This document shows, in pieces, positions 23,701 to 38,700 of a stretch of 64,000 nt of DNA (position 1 is the stretch's first letter; each line of letters starts with the position of its first letter). The notes under the pieces are model-generated. The model was not told the origin of the DNA and made no database searches. It worked only from the letters and a program-made list of their open reading frames with translations. Made by a program: the position numbers and the translations under genes. The stretch covers positions 15,545,432 to 15,609,431 of the forward strand of contig NC_092679.1 of the NCBI RefSeq assembly GCF_964355755.1, in the 5' to 3' direction. The DNA is from Antedon mediterranea (lineage: Eukaryota; Animalia; Echinodermata).

Positions 23701-26700
23701 TTAACACCCAAAATTACCTAAACAAGCTGCAGTTACCTAGAACAAAACAGTTAATAAGTTTGTTGCTTGTTGAAAAACAAGTTAATGTGCAAATGGAACA
23801 CATTTAAACCACTATTAATAGATAGGCGGTCACGGAAGACTCCATTTAATTTTGGAAGCAATCCGGACAAGGATCCCAATTCTGGACAACTTTTTATTAT
23901 TTTAAGCTGTATGTCAAAACTACTAGACAGATCTTTAGCATGATCCTTTATCCTTTTTTTCTTTTTGCTTCTGGCGGAGGTTGCATGACTCTCCAATTGC
24001 TTTTGTTTAATTTATATAAATATATGTTATTGAATATGAGGAAAATAAATAATAAAAAACAACAACTATAAAGTTATTTTGTTTTATAATTTTATTTATT
24101 GACTGTTGACTTCAGGGAGTACCGCACATAAAAGAAAAATGTTTAAGCAACCAACCATTTAAAAACAAAAATAGCCAATTTCCGCTAGGAGGTCCTCGGC
24201 TTTCGTGCAATAAATCATAGGATTTAAACCATTTAACAACAATTTTTAAATAAACTCTTACCTCTTTTTGGCTGCATGTCTTAGGCCAGAATTTAAGTAA
24301 ACCCATTATCACCTACAAAAGAAAGATTTGTCTTATCATATACTAACAGAAGACAGTAAATTAAACATAATTTATTTTAATCAATTTAAAAATACTTTGG
24401 TTTTAAAGTAAACAACAGTAGCAGTGTAAAAACAAAATAAAAAAGTAATACATTTTAAAAAACAAATATTACAAACATTAGGAAAAATGTTTTTTTCTTT
24501 TGGTGTCACTTTTCTGTGAAACTTACAAAGAGCACTACAGCCAATCCCTATTCAGGGGACACCTCTAATAAGAGGATAATATATTTTTGAAGGTATCCCC
24601 ATAATAGAGTTTAATGTATCACAAAATAGTATATTTCATATTTTTTGTATTGAAAGTTTTTTTCTATATTCAAATATGTTTAATTTTTATCTATTATTAA
24701 AATATATTACAAAGAAACAATATAATATCATTGTGAATATGAATAACAAGATAATTGTGTTTATTACTCAGGCTCTCATATCCACAGAATAATACATTTT
24801 TCATTTTTTGTTATCATTTTAGTATCATTTGAACATACCACAGCTAATGTTGTTATGTAATGTTTGGGGATAATATATCAAGCGACTGAAGAATCTCTTG
24901 CCAATTATACACGCACGGAATCTGACAGTTACTTATCCACAAATGTGACGTCAAGCATAAAAATTTAACAATTTAGTTCGCCAACTGATCAATAGCTATA
25001 AATGCATCCAGTCTGCGGCATTGTATTTTAATAAACCTTTAAGATGTTTAAAGATGTCTTGTCTCTTCTTACTAAGCCGTAAACTTGACTGAATAAAATG
25101 GTTTAAGTTTAAATTGATATTTTTAAAGATGGTGATTAAAAAATGTAATTAAAGTACTGTAATCATTAAATTAATTTAAGTTTAAAAAATTATATGAAAA
25201 TTATGTTTTTGTTAATAGACAAAAATTAATTTTCAAGCTATAGAAATAGTGTATAAGGTTTTGATAACATTGCCTAGCAAAACTTCAGAATTTACAGTAC
25301 AATCATCAAACCATATGAAGTTCTTCTTCGTGTTGATGCACTGTGTGGACACAGGTGTGTGCTAAACACCAGAGTTTTGCTGGGCGATGTAAACAAATTT
25401 AATATTTAAAAAATAAAATGAATACAACAAATTCTAAAAATCTGTTTTTGTTGAAGATATTTAAAAACCAAGTACGTTATTTTTTTGTGATTAAAGCTAT
25501 AAAAATTCTTGTCATGCTATTGTTTCTACTATACAGAGACCATTGTGAATCTGAACTGCTAACACAGTCGTACATTAATCTAATGTTTTAACATTAGCAT
25601 CAGGGCTCGCAGAATCCTAAAATATTTGGTTGCCCTTCGGGCAAGTAGGTTTTGGGTTTTGGTTGCCCTCATCATTTTTTTACTTGCCCACTATTTTAGC
25701 TTAATTTTAACGTTTTATACCGCGACTGCACCGCGAAAAAACGTTGGTGAAAAACGACTATGCTTAATACACTGTGGTGTTTTTTTCGATGGATTTTAAA
25801 GTAGTGAAAACAATTTTTCAAATTTTTTCAATTACACAGTGATGTAGGCCAATCTTTTAAGAACATTTTACAGTAATTTATTTTCTCATACGATCCTCCG
25901 TACAAGAGTTGCGATTGTTTAATTAACATGGTGTCCTGAAATCCCTTGAAAACGCTATGTTATTTCTGTTGGTTACGCTTCGTTGCACGGCATTGTTTGT
26001 CATCGATCGAAGATGTGTTCCGTTTCGTGAATGAATTCACGTGGGTTTACTTTGGGAGCAAAAACGTTTTGCTTCTATTGTGCAATGAAATTCCGAAATC
26101 AAGCTATTTTGCGATATTTAAAATGTAGTGGCCTAGACATGGCACTAATTATCTTACAATTATTTAATAGATATATCTAAAATATTGCCTATAGAAATGT
26201 AGGCCTCCTAGGCCTAAAAAGTTTAAACAAAGTACTTATGAAGGTGATGAGCTTGTAACGCGTTGAAATCATAAAGAAAAAAAAAACAAACATCAACTGA
26301 CGTCCGTCTACGTGACGTGAAACAATACGCATGCGTATAGCAAAAAACCTCACAGCAGCTGCCGTACGTAGTAGGAGCACATGGGTATGGTGTGTGGAGA
26401 GTGCGGGCTTGTGGAAGTTTACTTGTTGTTTCAGTAGAAGCTCGCACAGGTTGGATAAAAACAACCATCTGCTCGCACAAGTTGGTGATTGAAAACAACA
26501 CAAGGGAACTGTGCCGAATTGTGGTGAAAACCACGTGCTCCGCCAAGTTGGAGTTTTTGAAAGTTCAACTCTCGGCGATACCCGAAGAAGTGTATTATTT
26601 TCAATGTTGATAATAAAAAATATACTGTAACTATTTAAGTATTCAATGTATTTATTAAATAAATTATTAGGCCTATTAAATTTATATTCTGTAATATTTA

Positions 26701-29700
26701 TAAAAAAAATGGTAGGCCTACTTGCCTGTGTTAAAAACATCGGCCGCCGCCTATTTAGCACAGAAAATTAAAATTACGTATCTATTATAATTTAATAATA
26801 TACTGTATTTTCAATACAACTGTACATTTGAACAATAATTACAGTAATTCAGCAAATTATTTATTACACACAAAATACATAACATGAATGTAATTAAACA
26901 TAGGCCTAATCTACTATCAGGCTGTAGGCCACATAATTAATACTAAGTAGTAGATTCAGATTTTATTACCACCGTAAAATGATGTCGATAATTGAGAAAA
27001 ACAAAAACATACTAGCCCCTATTTTATTTGGTTTATAGTATAACTAGGGAGTTGTTAATTAGAAACTCCCTGGTATAATAACTTCAAATAAGTTAAAAGC
27101 CGAGAGTTCAACGCTTCCTATTTCGCGATCAATGGATGCCGCAAGAGACCGCGTGCTATATGACAGACCTGGAAACTCTATACTCAACGACTTGATACGC
27201 CCGACTGCATAGAAACACATGTTTTGGCTCCTGGAGATAACGTTCCATACCACCGAATTCCGATCCATACATTTACTTAACAAACACTACACTGGTCTCG
27301 ACGTCAAGAGAATTCGTTCGTGCGCGACTATTATTTTCATTGTTACAGTTTTTCACAACCCCTGTAAAACATCGTGGACATTTTCGGTGATTTTAAGAGG
27401 TTGCCCGTCGGGACATGACATGTTAAATTTTAGTTGCCCGACGTATTTATTTGGTTGCCGCGGGACGTCGGGCAAGCGATTCTGCGAGCCCTGAGCATGC
27501 TAGGTTAAATTTTGTCATAAAGTCGTCATGTAGTCAATGACAAGCATGTCAAAGGTCAAATTGAAAAAAAACAACTGAATGACTAATATACTATTAAATA
27601 TACAATGGCAAATATAATAGTATTGTCGATACATTATTTATTTAAGGACTATAATATATATATATATATATTGAATAGAATTACGATCTAATCTTCCCGT
27701 CTTATTTTTGTTAATAAATTATAATTTCTATGCTTTGATCACCATTCAAATCATAAGGAGACAATTTTTGTTTATAGTGTCGTAGTTAAATATCTAATAT
27801 TTGTACATAATTATGAAATAAAATTCAGTGGCAACTTCAGAATTTTGAAATATGAGGGAGGGTAAGGTTTAAAAACTATAAATAAATTGCTGAATATAAT
27901 TCAATGTTTTCTCTATAATAATAAAAATAACATAACTTAAATTTTCTTTTAAAAAAACCTCTCCTGAAACAAGAAACACTTGCACTTAGAATTATGGTTT
28001 AGATGTATTTCTTACAGTTTTAAACCACACTTTCTCATGGACTCATGGGCTAACCCAAGGGTGTCCAAATTCGGGAACGTAAATTGTATATACCTGTTCT
28101 GTAAGAGTAGCGTCTTTCTCCAAAAACTGTACAACACAATATGCTAGCTGTAAGGACAAAAACATATTTCACATTCAAATAAATAAAAAAATTTTAAATA
28201 CAGATGAATTAAACACAAATAACTGTCAAACTGTATTAATTATCTATTAATAAATATTTTTGACTGAAATACATTTGAATAAAAACATTGTTTTCACTGT
28301 TTAAAAGATGGCCTTGAAATGGTTTAAGTGTTATTTTAAAAAGAGATTTTTACACAGTATCATGCATACATTTATTTGCATTATCATACTCAACATATAA
28401 TAGGAGCAGATAATCAGTTCGTTGATAATGGAAGCAAAGAGCATTAATTTTCTCTTAACTTTCGAAAAGGATCTGTAGTCATATGAAAAGTCGTTAATCA
28501 CAATGGATGATCGCAACAGGAACGTAGACGAATCACGGTCAACGTGTCTACACACAACAGCACTCATAGAAAGTGATATCACGTAACAACAACAAAACAG
28601 TTGAATTGAAAATACAATTTTAGTAAAAAGTAATTCACAAACAAATTAATGTACGTACCTGGGCATGATATAAGTTCAGGCAGCGTACCTTGTGCAGAGG
28701 TATAAGAACCTTAATTAGAAATTGTTTATGCTCTGCCTTTAGCGGTAAGGCAAACCCATTTATTATGCTGTAATTTAAAAAAAAATATATCATAACATAG
28801 AACAAAAATGAAATGCCAATAACAAATTAATTTCCAACAATTCAAAACATTTAAGTAAAATATTAACAAACTTAACCCTTTAAAGATGTGGCCCGTATCC
28901 CATACATGGTAATTTACTGTCCCAGGACGCGAGGGTTGACTTTTTGGGGTCACTGAATTGCACTTTTTGAGAATTTGACTTTTGACCTAGGTCCTAAAAA
29001 GGCCAAAACATTTCACATAACAATAAAACCAACAATTGCAGAAAGTTACAGTCATAAAAATATATTTTGCATTTTTCCTAAACCTATTAAAAATACATTA
29101 TTTAGCCTCAGTCACTTGGGGTAGAAACCTTGCGTTTTCAAAGGGTTAAAGGTAGAATGGTTACCACACTGCAGGCCCAACCAACATATTAGGGAGTTTT
29201 CTTTTGTGATAACAGACTGATGTGTTGTCGATCATAGCCTAGACCTAGAGTTAAATTTGGACACAATCCGCATTGTAATGCAATCCAAATACTCCCACTT
29301 CTAAATTTTTACTAAATTTAGGACTATTCCCTTTTATTTTATGAATGTCTTTTTAAATATCAAATTCTTTTTAATTTTGGTGTACTGTACTATGGAAAAA
29401 ATAATAATATAATGGAACATTAAATTGAAGAAGATATTCACAAATATCAGAATTGCAATGTCATATGTCAAAAAGCAAGACCGAAACGTTCCATAGGAAG
29501 ACACTATAAAGTATATAAGATTAAATTAAAACGTCGTGAGGTGGTACAACTCTTCTTAACAATTTTTTCAATCTTCTATCAACTAAAAGTCGTAGTTAGT
29601 CATGCCTCGGGTCACATTCTATGGTCACCGTACAGGTAGGCTACTACATCAGTACTTCTATGAATGGATGACTAGTCGGTGACAATAACGCTAGTTGGTC

Positions 29701-32700
29701 ATACCCAGTACCGTTTTGATTTTACGATCATTCGGGAAACCACCTCACGACGTTAAATTAAAACCATATATATAAATAAAAAATAAATATTTTTTAATAA
29801 TTAATAACTGAAAAATTTAAATGCTACTAAAAATGTCAGCACCATGAAATAACACAAAGGGATGAAATTTGCAAAAATCATCTCAATTTCTCAAACTAAT
29901 CATTCCAAATATGCCTAGGTGAAGTAATATAAATTTCTGGTCTATGTATAACCTGAGTAATTAGATATCAAGAGATCTTTCATCAGTCCACGTTGGAAGT
30001 GTCGAGCTGATCCCTTATTCTCTCATGTGCAATTTTCATCTAATTTTCCAGTTTCCACTGTGAGGTTGTGGACAGTGCAACAGCCCAACACAAAACTGCT
30101 CTGGTGATCATTTCATGCATCATAGCAATGACTGATGATACTCTATTGCCCGGTTACAAATCGCTGATTTATTCCAAATGACTGTAAACATGATACTTAC
30201 CTACCAAGAATTTCTAGTAATTCGCCTACACCATTAAAATGTTCCGTTTCATACACAAATCTATAATATAAAATATAAAACAAAGAAATAAATAAATTGG
30301 CATTCAGAAACTGAGTGCGATATTTGGACAAATGCAGTGTGTTATTTAATAATTTGGTCCATAACAAAAATACTGCTACATCAATTTTTTTTGGCACCAA
30401 AAATATCAAATACAGAAATTGCAAACTGCAATTTAAATGAGCACTTTATATTGAGCATTGTACTTTGAACAATGAACATTGAGCATTGTACATTGAGCAA
30501 TGAACATTGAGCAATAAACATTGAGCAATGAACATTGAGCAATGAACATTGAGCAATGAACATTGAGCAATGAACATTGAGCAATGAACATTGAGCAATG
30601 AACATTGAGCAATGAACATTGAGCAATGAACATTGAGCAATGAACATTGAGCAATGAACATCGAGCAATGAACATCGAGCAATGAACATCGAGCAATGAA
30701 CATCGAGCAATGAACATCGAGCAATGAACATCGAGCATCGTACATCGAGCATCGTACATCGAGCATCGTACATCGAGCATCGTACATCGAGCATCGTACA
30801 TCGAGCATCGTACATCGAGCATCGTACACCGAGCATCGTACACCGAGCATCGTACACCGAGCATCGTACACTGAGCATCGTACACTGAGCATCGTACACT
30901 GAGCATTGTACACTGAGCATTGTACACTGAGCATTGTACACTGAGCATTGTACACTGAGCATTGTACACTGAGTATTGTACACTGAGCATTGTACACTGA
31001 GCATTGTACACTGTGCATCATTGTACACTGAGCAATGAACATTGAGCTCTGTACTTTGAGCATTGTACACAATGTACTTTGAGCATGTACTTTGAGTATT
31101 GTACTTTGTGCAATGAACATTGAGCCCTGCATGTTATTGTTACATATTAATACTAATAGTGATATAAACAAATATTTGACACTTTAGAGCATTTTTTCTT
31201 TATAATAATTGTCTATTAATCGTACTCTTTACAGTACGACACAAAAAGGGTTAAAGTGTATTTTGAGCAGCATAGCTTAATCTAAAGACGTATTGCACAA
31301 GAATGGAATAAAAGGGTAGGCAATAGATGTTGGAGCTGGAAACAAAATGGTAGATCAAGAAAACAGCGGAGATACTTTGTGCAAGAAGAACATGACCACC
31401 AATACAAGAACTAAAACAAAAGGTGTGATGATGAAGACTGTAGAAGTAAAGAAAGAGGCAACACCACAGACAGGCCTAAGCCTACCTAGGAATTGACTGA
31501 GTCACTCACTCAGTCACTTTATGACATGAAAAGAGGCTTGAACACTAAAACTAAATGTTATGCGTCTGAGTAGTTTCGCGCAAGAAAATAATTGTATTTT
31601 GATAAACAGATCATACAGTAATCTACGTAATCCAATTGAGCAACCAAATACGCAATGTATATATCCAACAGGCATACGGTGTTGATATCATTGAATTAAA
31701 CTAACAAGAAACCTAGACATAAACTTAGTATGGCAAGTCAGCGGCCCAAGAAATATCAATAATTCACAGATATCTGCGACACATTACGAAAAACATAATC
31801 ATAAAAAATCCGTAAGTTAATGTTAGCAAAAAAAAATGAAACCCTCCAATAATATCTTTACCAGAAATGCCTTTCCTATTGGAAAACTAGTCTAGCGTTC
31901 TGTGTGAAAACAATTTATGTCTGCCAGTGGACATGTCTTTAGTAAAATAGACTACTCACTTCTACATTTTTCTATTATTGTGTCTGAAAGGGTTTAATTA
32001 GCACTAATAAATTTGGTTTGATTACATGATGTGGTCGCATATTATCTATTTAGACTAGACCTTTTAAATGAGGCATGTAAAGCTCTGTCTACAATATCAA
32101 ACTAGTTTGACAAAAAAGTTTGATGTGTCCAAATATGGTGGTGATAATGTCCATAATGGCTGCAACCACCCCTTTTTTTTTGTCACATAAAGTTTGATAT
32201 TGTAGACAGAGCTTAAACCTTGTCTGCACTATCAAAATTTGTGATGTGTCCATGATGTCATATTATCACTACCATATTTGGGAATATCACTACCATATTT
32301 GGGCACATCACATATTTTTTTGTCGAACAAGTTTGATAGTGTAAACTGAGCTTAACAATGGGGTCAAATCAATACAAATGTTTTTTTCTTTCTTTATTAC
32401 CGTACATCCATTTTGAACTATTATTAATTACTATTATAACTTTACTTCTACACTTTTATTTTGTGCTCAAATGCACCTTAAGACGTGAACACTGATTGAT
32501 TTAGTCACATGAAAATCCCAAACCTCCTATCACTCTCATATCCTCATTAAATACCTGTCTATTAATTATTATCATTAATGATAATGATATTCTCATATTA
32601 TGAGATTTGCCGAACCGTTTAGTCAGTCACCAAGTCAGTGAACTCGACATGATCAGACCAAACTCTTTAAATTACCGTATCACGACGATGGTAGAACAGG

Positions 32701-35700
32701 CTAAATATAGTATCAGATTGCTGGGCAGAAAACGACTTATCCTCTGAAGCCTAATAACACAAATGGGATCAAATTAAATATCTTGTCATGAATGTCTCCA
32801 AGGAATAACGTGAGCTTTTATTACATCTATAAGCTATTATTTACCGACAGGATTGGATAAATGATGAAAATCTTTATTCATCCACGAAAGCCCAGATCAA
32901 CACAGTTGTTGTTCTTCATTGTGGCCTACTATAACATGCAAAATGTACAGTTTAGGAATTATATAAAATAAAAATGCTATGAATGTAAATACTACATTTT
33001 GTTCTAAGTATAGAAAGGCATAGAGTACAGTACAGTAGGGTTGTTTTTCCCTGTGGCCAAATGTAATGAGTGAAATGTACTGGTTTGGATGGAGTATATT
33101 TATATCATATAGTGTATGGTAAATTTGGTTCTATTCTATTATAAACATCATAAAAGCCCGTGATTAACTCGGGGATTTGTTGTTATAAATATACCGGTTT
33201 TCAATATTTTAACTACAAACTACAAATGGTCAATTTGGTTCTAATGGTATGTAAAAACAAAATTGGCAAAACAGTACAAAATAATTTGTACTGTTCTTTC
33301 AAAATCTATCAAATTTTTCGACCCTACAGTTGTAATACAGTAGTATCCTCCTCCATTGAGATATTCCGATTCCGGGGACACCTCTAATATGGGGACACCT
33401 CTATTATAGGGACACCTCTAATATGGGGACACCTTTAATATGGGGACACCTCTTATATGGGGACACCTCTAATATGGGGACACCTCTAATATGGGGACAC
33501 CTCTAATATGGGGACACCTCTATTATGGGGACACCTATATTATGGAGACACTTTTCCATGAAATAAACAAAGAGATATAGATGAACACAACGACTAAAAT
33601 GCAATTCAGGAGACATGTTGTTAGGTCACAAAGTTGTCCCGTTCTACTGTAAGTCCAAATACAATTTATAACAACTACTCTATAGGGTACATTCTTTAAT
33701 TACCCTGCCTTTCTTACCACCCCCCATCTCCTCCTCCCCTCATCTTTAGAACACTTTCTATTTATAAATAGAACAATCTGATTATTACCAATATTTACAT
33801 ACTATCAACAGCGTTCTACTATATGCGACTGTTCAAACTCATTATATTATGTAAGGCTCCATTACCAATAGCCAATACCATAATAGCAATGCAAATTACA
33901 GCAATTAGTCCCTGGTATGAAATCTCTAGCCACTACATGGTCGATAAATAAATATGAATTATAGACAAAACATTATTTTAGTGGCAAGATAAAAAAATAA
34001 ATTGATCATCTTAACTTGCTAATTTCGTGCTACATACATATTTATAGTACAGGTATGAGGATGTTGGTTTTTAGAATATTAAATTGGAATTTACTGTATG
34101 GGGAATGAGGAGGGATTTGACCCCCTGGAGAAAAACATGACCTCCTGTCTTCTACCAAATATTCATTAAACATGCAAAGTCTTCCCCTCCCCTCTTTAAC
34201 CCTCACACCCCCTGCCCCTTGTCTCCTGTCTTCTTGTTGATCAAACCTAAATGATACACATATTGGTAAAAGTTAAGTTGGAAATGATCTGGAAAAACTT
34301 AATTGTATTGCTTTACCATTTTCTTATTAAAAAGGTTAAAGGTCAAAAAAGGTTATAGGTCATCTTAAAACACCAGTGATAAAATGCTTTGCGATCTGAT
34401 TCCATGTATTAAATCGAGTGTAATTAAGATTGCAGAAGCATTTCAACTGGTAATTATGATATGGATTTAATACCTATCAATATCAGTGAGTTTCGCGCAC
34501 CATCATGCATTACGAATGGGTACAGTTAGGTACAGTATGATACCGTCAGTTCTATTACTGGTCGCAAGACGATTGATTTACTGAAATAAACCTGTCCACT
34601 AGACAAGTTTCTTCTAATGTTTTCACAGAGAACAAAATTCCGCTACCCTGTAATTTTCCTAATTTTTACTAACAAGAACAAATAGCTGCGATTGTGATCT
34701 GCTGAGGTTTATGATTTTCATGCATACTCATGAGAGCGTTACAACCCATTCAGGGCTCGCAGAATCGCTTGCCCGACGTCCCGCGGCAACCAAATAAATA
34801 CGTCGGGCAACTAAAATTTAATATGTCATGTCCCGACGGGCAACCTCTTAAAATCACCGAAAATGTCCACGATGTTTTACAGGGGTTGTGAAAAACTGTA
34901 ACAATGAAAATAATAGTCGCGCACGAACGAATTCTCTTGACGTCAAGACCAGTGTAGTGTTTGTTAAGTAAATGTATGGATCGGAATTCGGTGGTATGGA
35001 ACGTTATCTCCAGGAGCCAAAACATGTGTTTCTATGCAGTCGGGCGTATCAAGTCGTTGCGTATGGAGTTTCCAGGTCTGTCATATAGCACGCGGTCTCT
35101 TGCGGCATCCATTGATCGCGAAATAGGAAGCGTTGAACTCTCGGCTTTTAACTTATTTGAAGTTATTATACCAGGGAGTTTCTAATTAACAACGCCCTAG
35201 TTATACTATAAACCAAATAAAATAGGGGCTAGTATGTTTTTGTTTTTCTCAATTATCGACATCATTTTACGGTGGTAATAAAATCTGAATCTACTACTTA
35301 GTATTAATTATGTGGCCTACAGCCTGATAGTAGATTAGGCCTATGTTTAATTACATTCATGTTATGTATTTTGTGTGTAATAAATAATTTGCTGAATTAC
35401 TGTAATTATTGTTCAAATGTACAGTTGTATTGAAAATACAGTATATTATTAAATTATAATAGATACGTAATTTTAATTGTCTGTGCCAAATAGGCACCGG
35501 CCGATGTTTTTAACACAGGCAAGTAGGCCTACCATTTTTTTTATAAATATTACAGAATATAAATTTAATAGGCCTAATAATTTATTTAATAAATACATTG
35601 AATACTTAAATAGTTACAGTATATTTTTTATTATCAACATTGAAAATAATACACTTCTTCGGGTATCGCCGAGAGTTGAACTTTCAAAAACTCCAACTTG

Positions 35701-38700
35701 GCGGAGCACGTGGTTTTCACCACAATTCGGCACAGTTCCCTTGTGTTGTTTTCAATCACAAACTTGTGCGAGCAGATGGTTGTTTTTATCCAACCTGTGC
35801 GAGCTTCTACTGAAACAACAAGTAAACTTCCATAAGCCCGCACTCTCCACACACCGTACCCATGTGCTCCTACTACGTACGGCTGCAGCTGCTGTGAGTT
35901 TTTTTGCTATACGCATGCGTATTGTTTCACGTCACGTAGACGGACGTCAGTTGATGTTTGTTTTTTTTTTCTTCTCTATGATTTCAACGCGTTACAAGCT
36001 CATCACCTTCATAAGTACTTTGTTTAAACTTTTTAGGCCTAGGAGGCCTACATTTCTATAGGGAATATTTTAGATATATCTATTAAATAATTGTAAGATA
36101 ATTAGTGCCATGTCTAGGCCACTACATTTTAAATATCGCAAAATAGCTTGATTTCGGAATTTCATTGCACAATAGAAGCAAAACGTTTTTGCTCCCAAAG
36201 TAAACCCACGTGAATACGCCTTTTTCATTCACGAAACGGAACACATCTTCGATCGATGACAAACAATGCCGTGCAACGAAGCGTAACCAACAGAAATAAC
36301 ATAGCGTTTTCAAGGGATTTCAGGACACCATGTTAATTAAACAATCGCAACTCTTGTACGGAGGATCGTATGAGAAAATAAATTACTGTAAAATGTTCTT
36401 AAAAGATTGGCCTACATCACTGTGTAATTGAAAAAATTTGAAAAATTGTTTTCACTACTTTAAAATCCATCGAAAAAAACACCACAGTGTATTAAGCATA
36501 GGCGTTTTTCACCGACGTTTTTTCGCGGTGCAGTCGCGGTATAAAACGTTAAAATTAAGTTAAAATAGTGGGCAAGTAAAAAAATGATGAGGGCAACCAA
36601 AATCTAAAACCTACTTGCCCGAAGGGCAACCAAATATTTTAGGATTCTGCGAGCCCTGCCATTTCATGAGCTCTGATTGGTTGTAAACATTTTCGCTTTC
36701 AATAGTATCTGCCTAGTGGACAACGGACTACAGAATTGCTAACTTAGTCTAAAAAAGATTTTAAATAATTGCCTAACAATCATACCGTTGCATTTTGAAA
36801 TCATAATTGTAAAAGGAATATCGTAATGTCGTAATCTAGCTTAAATATTGTAATGATTACGGCAATTGTTGATATCTCTGGACTTAAGCGACAATTCTGA
36901 AATCTTAATCAAGCAAATTACTTACTTAAGGAAGATGTGATTAATTTGTTTCCTGATGAATGCTCGTAAACCCAAAAACTTTCCGTAAATTCGATGCAGG
37001 ACCGTCTTTAAGAAGTCTCTTTCTCGGGGATCTTCACTGTCAAATAATTCCAAAAGCTGACCAAAAAAAAAATGTTTTAATTAATTACACAATTTACGAA
37101 GCAATGGAAGATGACGAATCAGCAAAAGTAAAATATCATCAATATGCAATATACTATTTAAACTCACGCCATTAGATTACGTGATTGTACATCACATGTA
37201 TTTTATATTTGGATCCATAGAGCTCTGGCTAGTTTGACAAAAATTGTGTGATGTGTCCAAATATGGTAGTGATATTCCTAAATATGGTATGGATATGACA
37301 TCATCATGTACATACAGTTTTGTATGGGCACATCACATTTTGTTGTCACATACTGTAAAGTTTGATAATGTAGACAGAGCTTTATAGGTGTTTTGATTAT
37401 TGAATACTCTCAACTTTGTTACATACTGTAGACCAGTCTATCCTTCAACTTGCAATTAATTATTCTATTCATCCCATGCAAAACATTTAATATAATTACT
37501 AGATCTTGTTTATTTCAAAAATAATAGAGAAGACATTAAAAACAAATGAAATATACAACTCTCTGAAACCAAATCTCTCCAAACCAGAATTTGCTTGCAT
37601 TCAAAAAGATCCAAAATTTATACTTTTTGAAAACCTCACTTTTCAGAAGAGGTTTTTTTTTTTAGAAAGGACATTTTTGTATAAGTATTTATTCAAACTA
37701 AAGAGCAAAGTGAACAAGTTTAGGTTTAGGGGAAAAACATTCATTAAGATTCTACTGTACTCATCCCATGCATAATTATGTAGGTATTATATAAGGTATA
37801 TTACGTAGCGGTAGACGTTACCGGCCCATCATCTTTCGTACAAATAGGTTTCGTAACAGCTTTATCCAGCTGCCATTCGGGCACTGAATGCTTGTCAGTA
37901 TACCGTATGAGAGTGATGTGACACTTTGTAATTGTTTTTTATTTATCTGTTTTTGTATTCTCAGAGAAAACATGATTTATATATTTTTTATGTAAATGAC
38001 ATTAAATGTAAGTAATTTTCCACTGATAAATGAATGGTCAGAAAAAAATGTAGATATTTATAGCAATCATAATAATTATTTAAAATAGTGATTTTAAACC
38101 CATAATTCCTCTTCAAACTTCAGACGATCAATCAGTGACTGATAAGAAATACCAAGGGGATTGCTAATATTAGCAATTATTATCATTAAAAGTGGTGACT
38201 TGTATTCATGACCTAGATATTATACAGAGATAGACTTGATTAAATTAAGCAGAATATCCAAATCAAATCAACTATGAAATTCAGTTACGCATGATAAGAT
38301 AGTCTATGTTTAATTAATTCAAATTTGTTAATTTATTCAAATTAATGTTTATTATTGATTCAAATTTATGATTTTTAAATTTTATTCAAATTTATGTTTA
38401 TTATTCAAATTTATTCTTATTTAAAGTTTTTCCAATTTACATTTATTTATGTCTAGTTATTAAAATTTATGTTTATCTATTACAGTATGTTTATTTATTC
38501 AAATTTATATTTTAATTTATGGATATTTCCATAAATTTATGTTTATTTAAATTTGTTACTTGTTCATTTTAATAAATTAAATATATAATTATTATCATCA
38601 TCTTGTGTACAGTCACCAATGCTTTGAAGCTATGTGATGGACGACATTAACACTACTACACATGTATGCAAATTCAACCGTCAATAATTATATTGGATAT

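Noticed and set aside
23751-23996. 81-aa minus-strand ORF as an alternative B56 exon
   Set aside because: No B56 similarity; flanking exons join in frame; it lies next to a CCGTA-type transposon end
26189-26761. 190-aa ORF duplicated at 35477-36061
   Set aside because: No transposase or other recognisable motif; conserved only because the element copies are young
30381-31171. Three overlapping 190-240-aa Cys-rich ORFs
   Set aside because: Artefact of the 14-bp repeat being open in all three minus-strand frames
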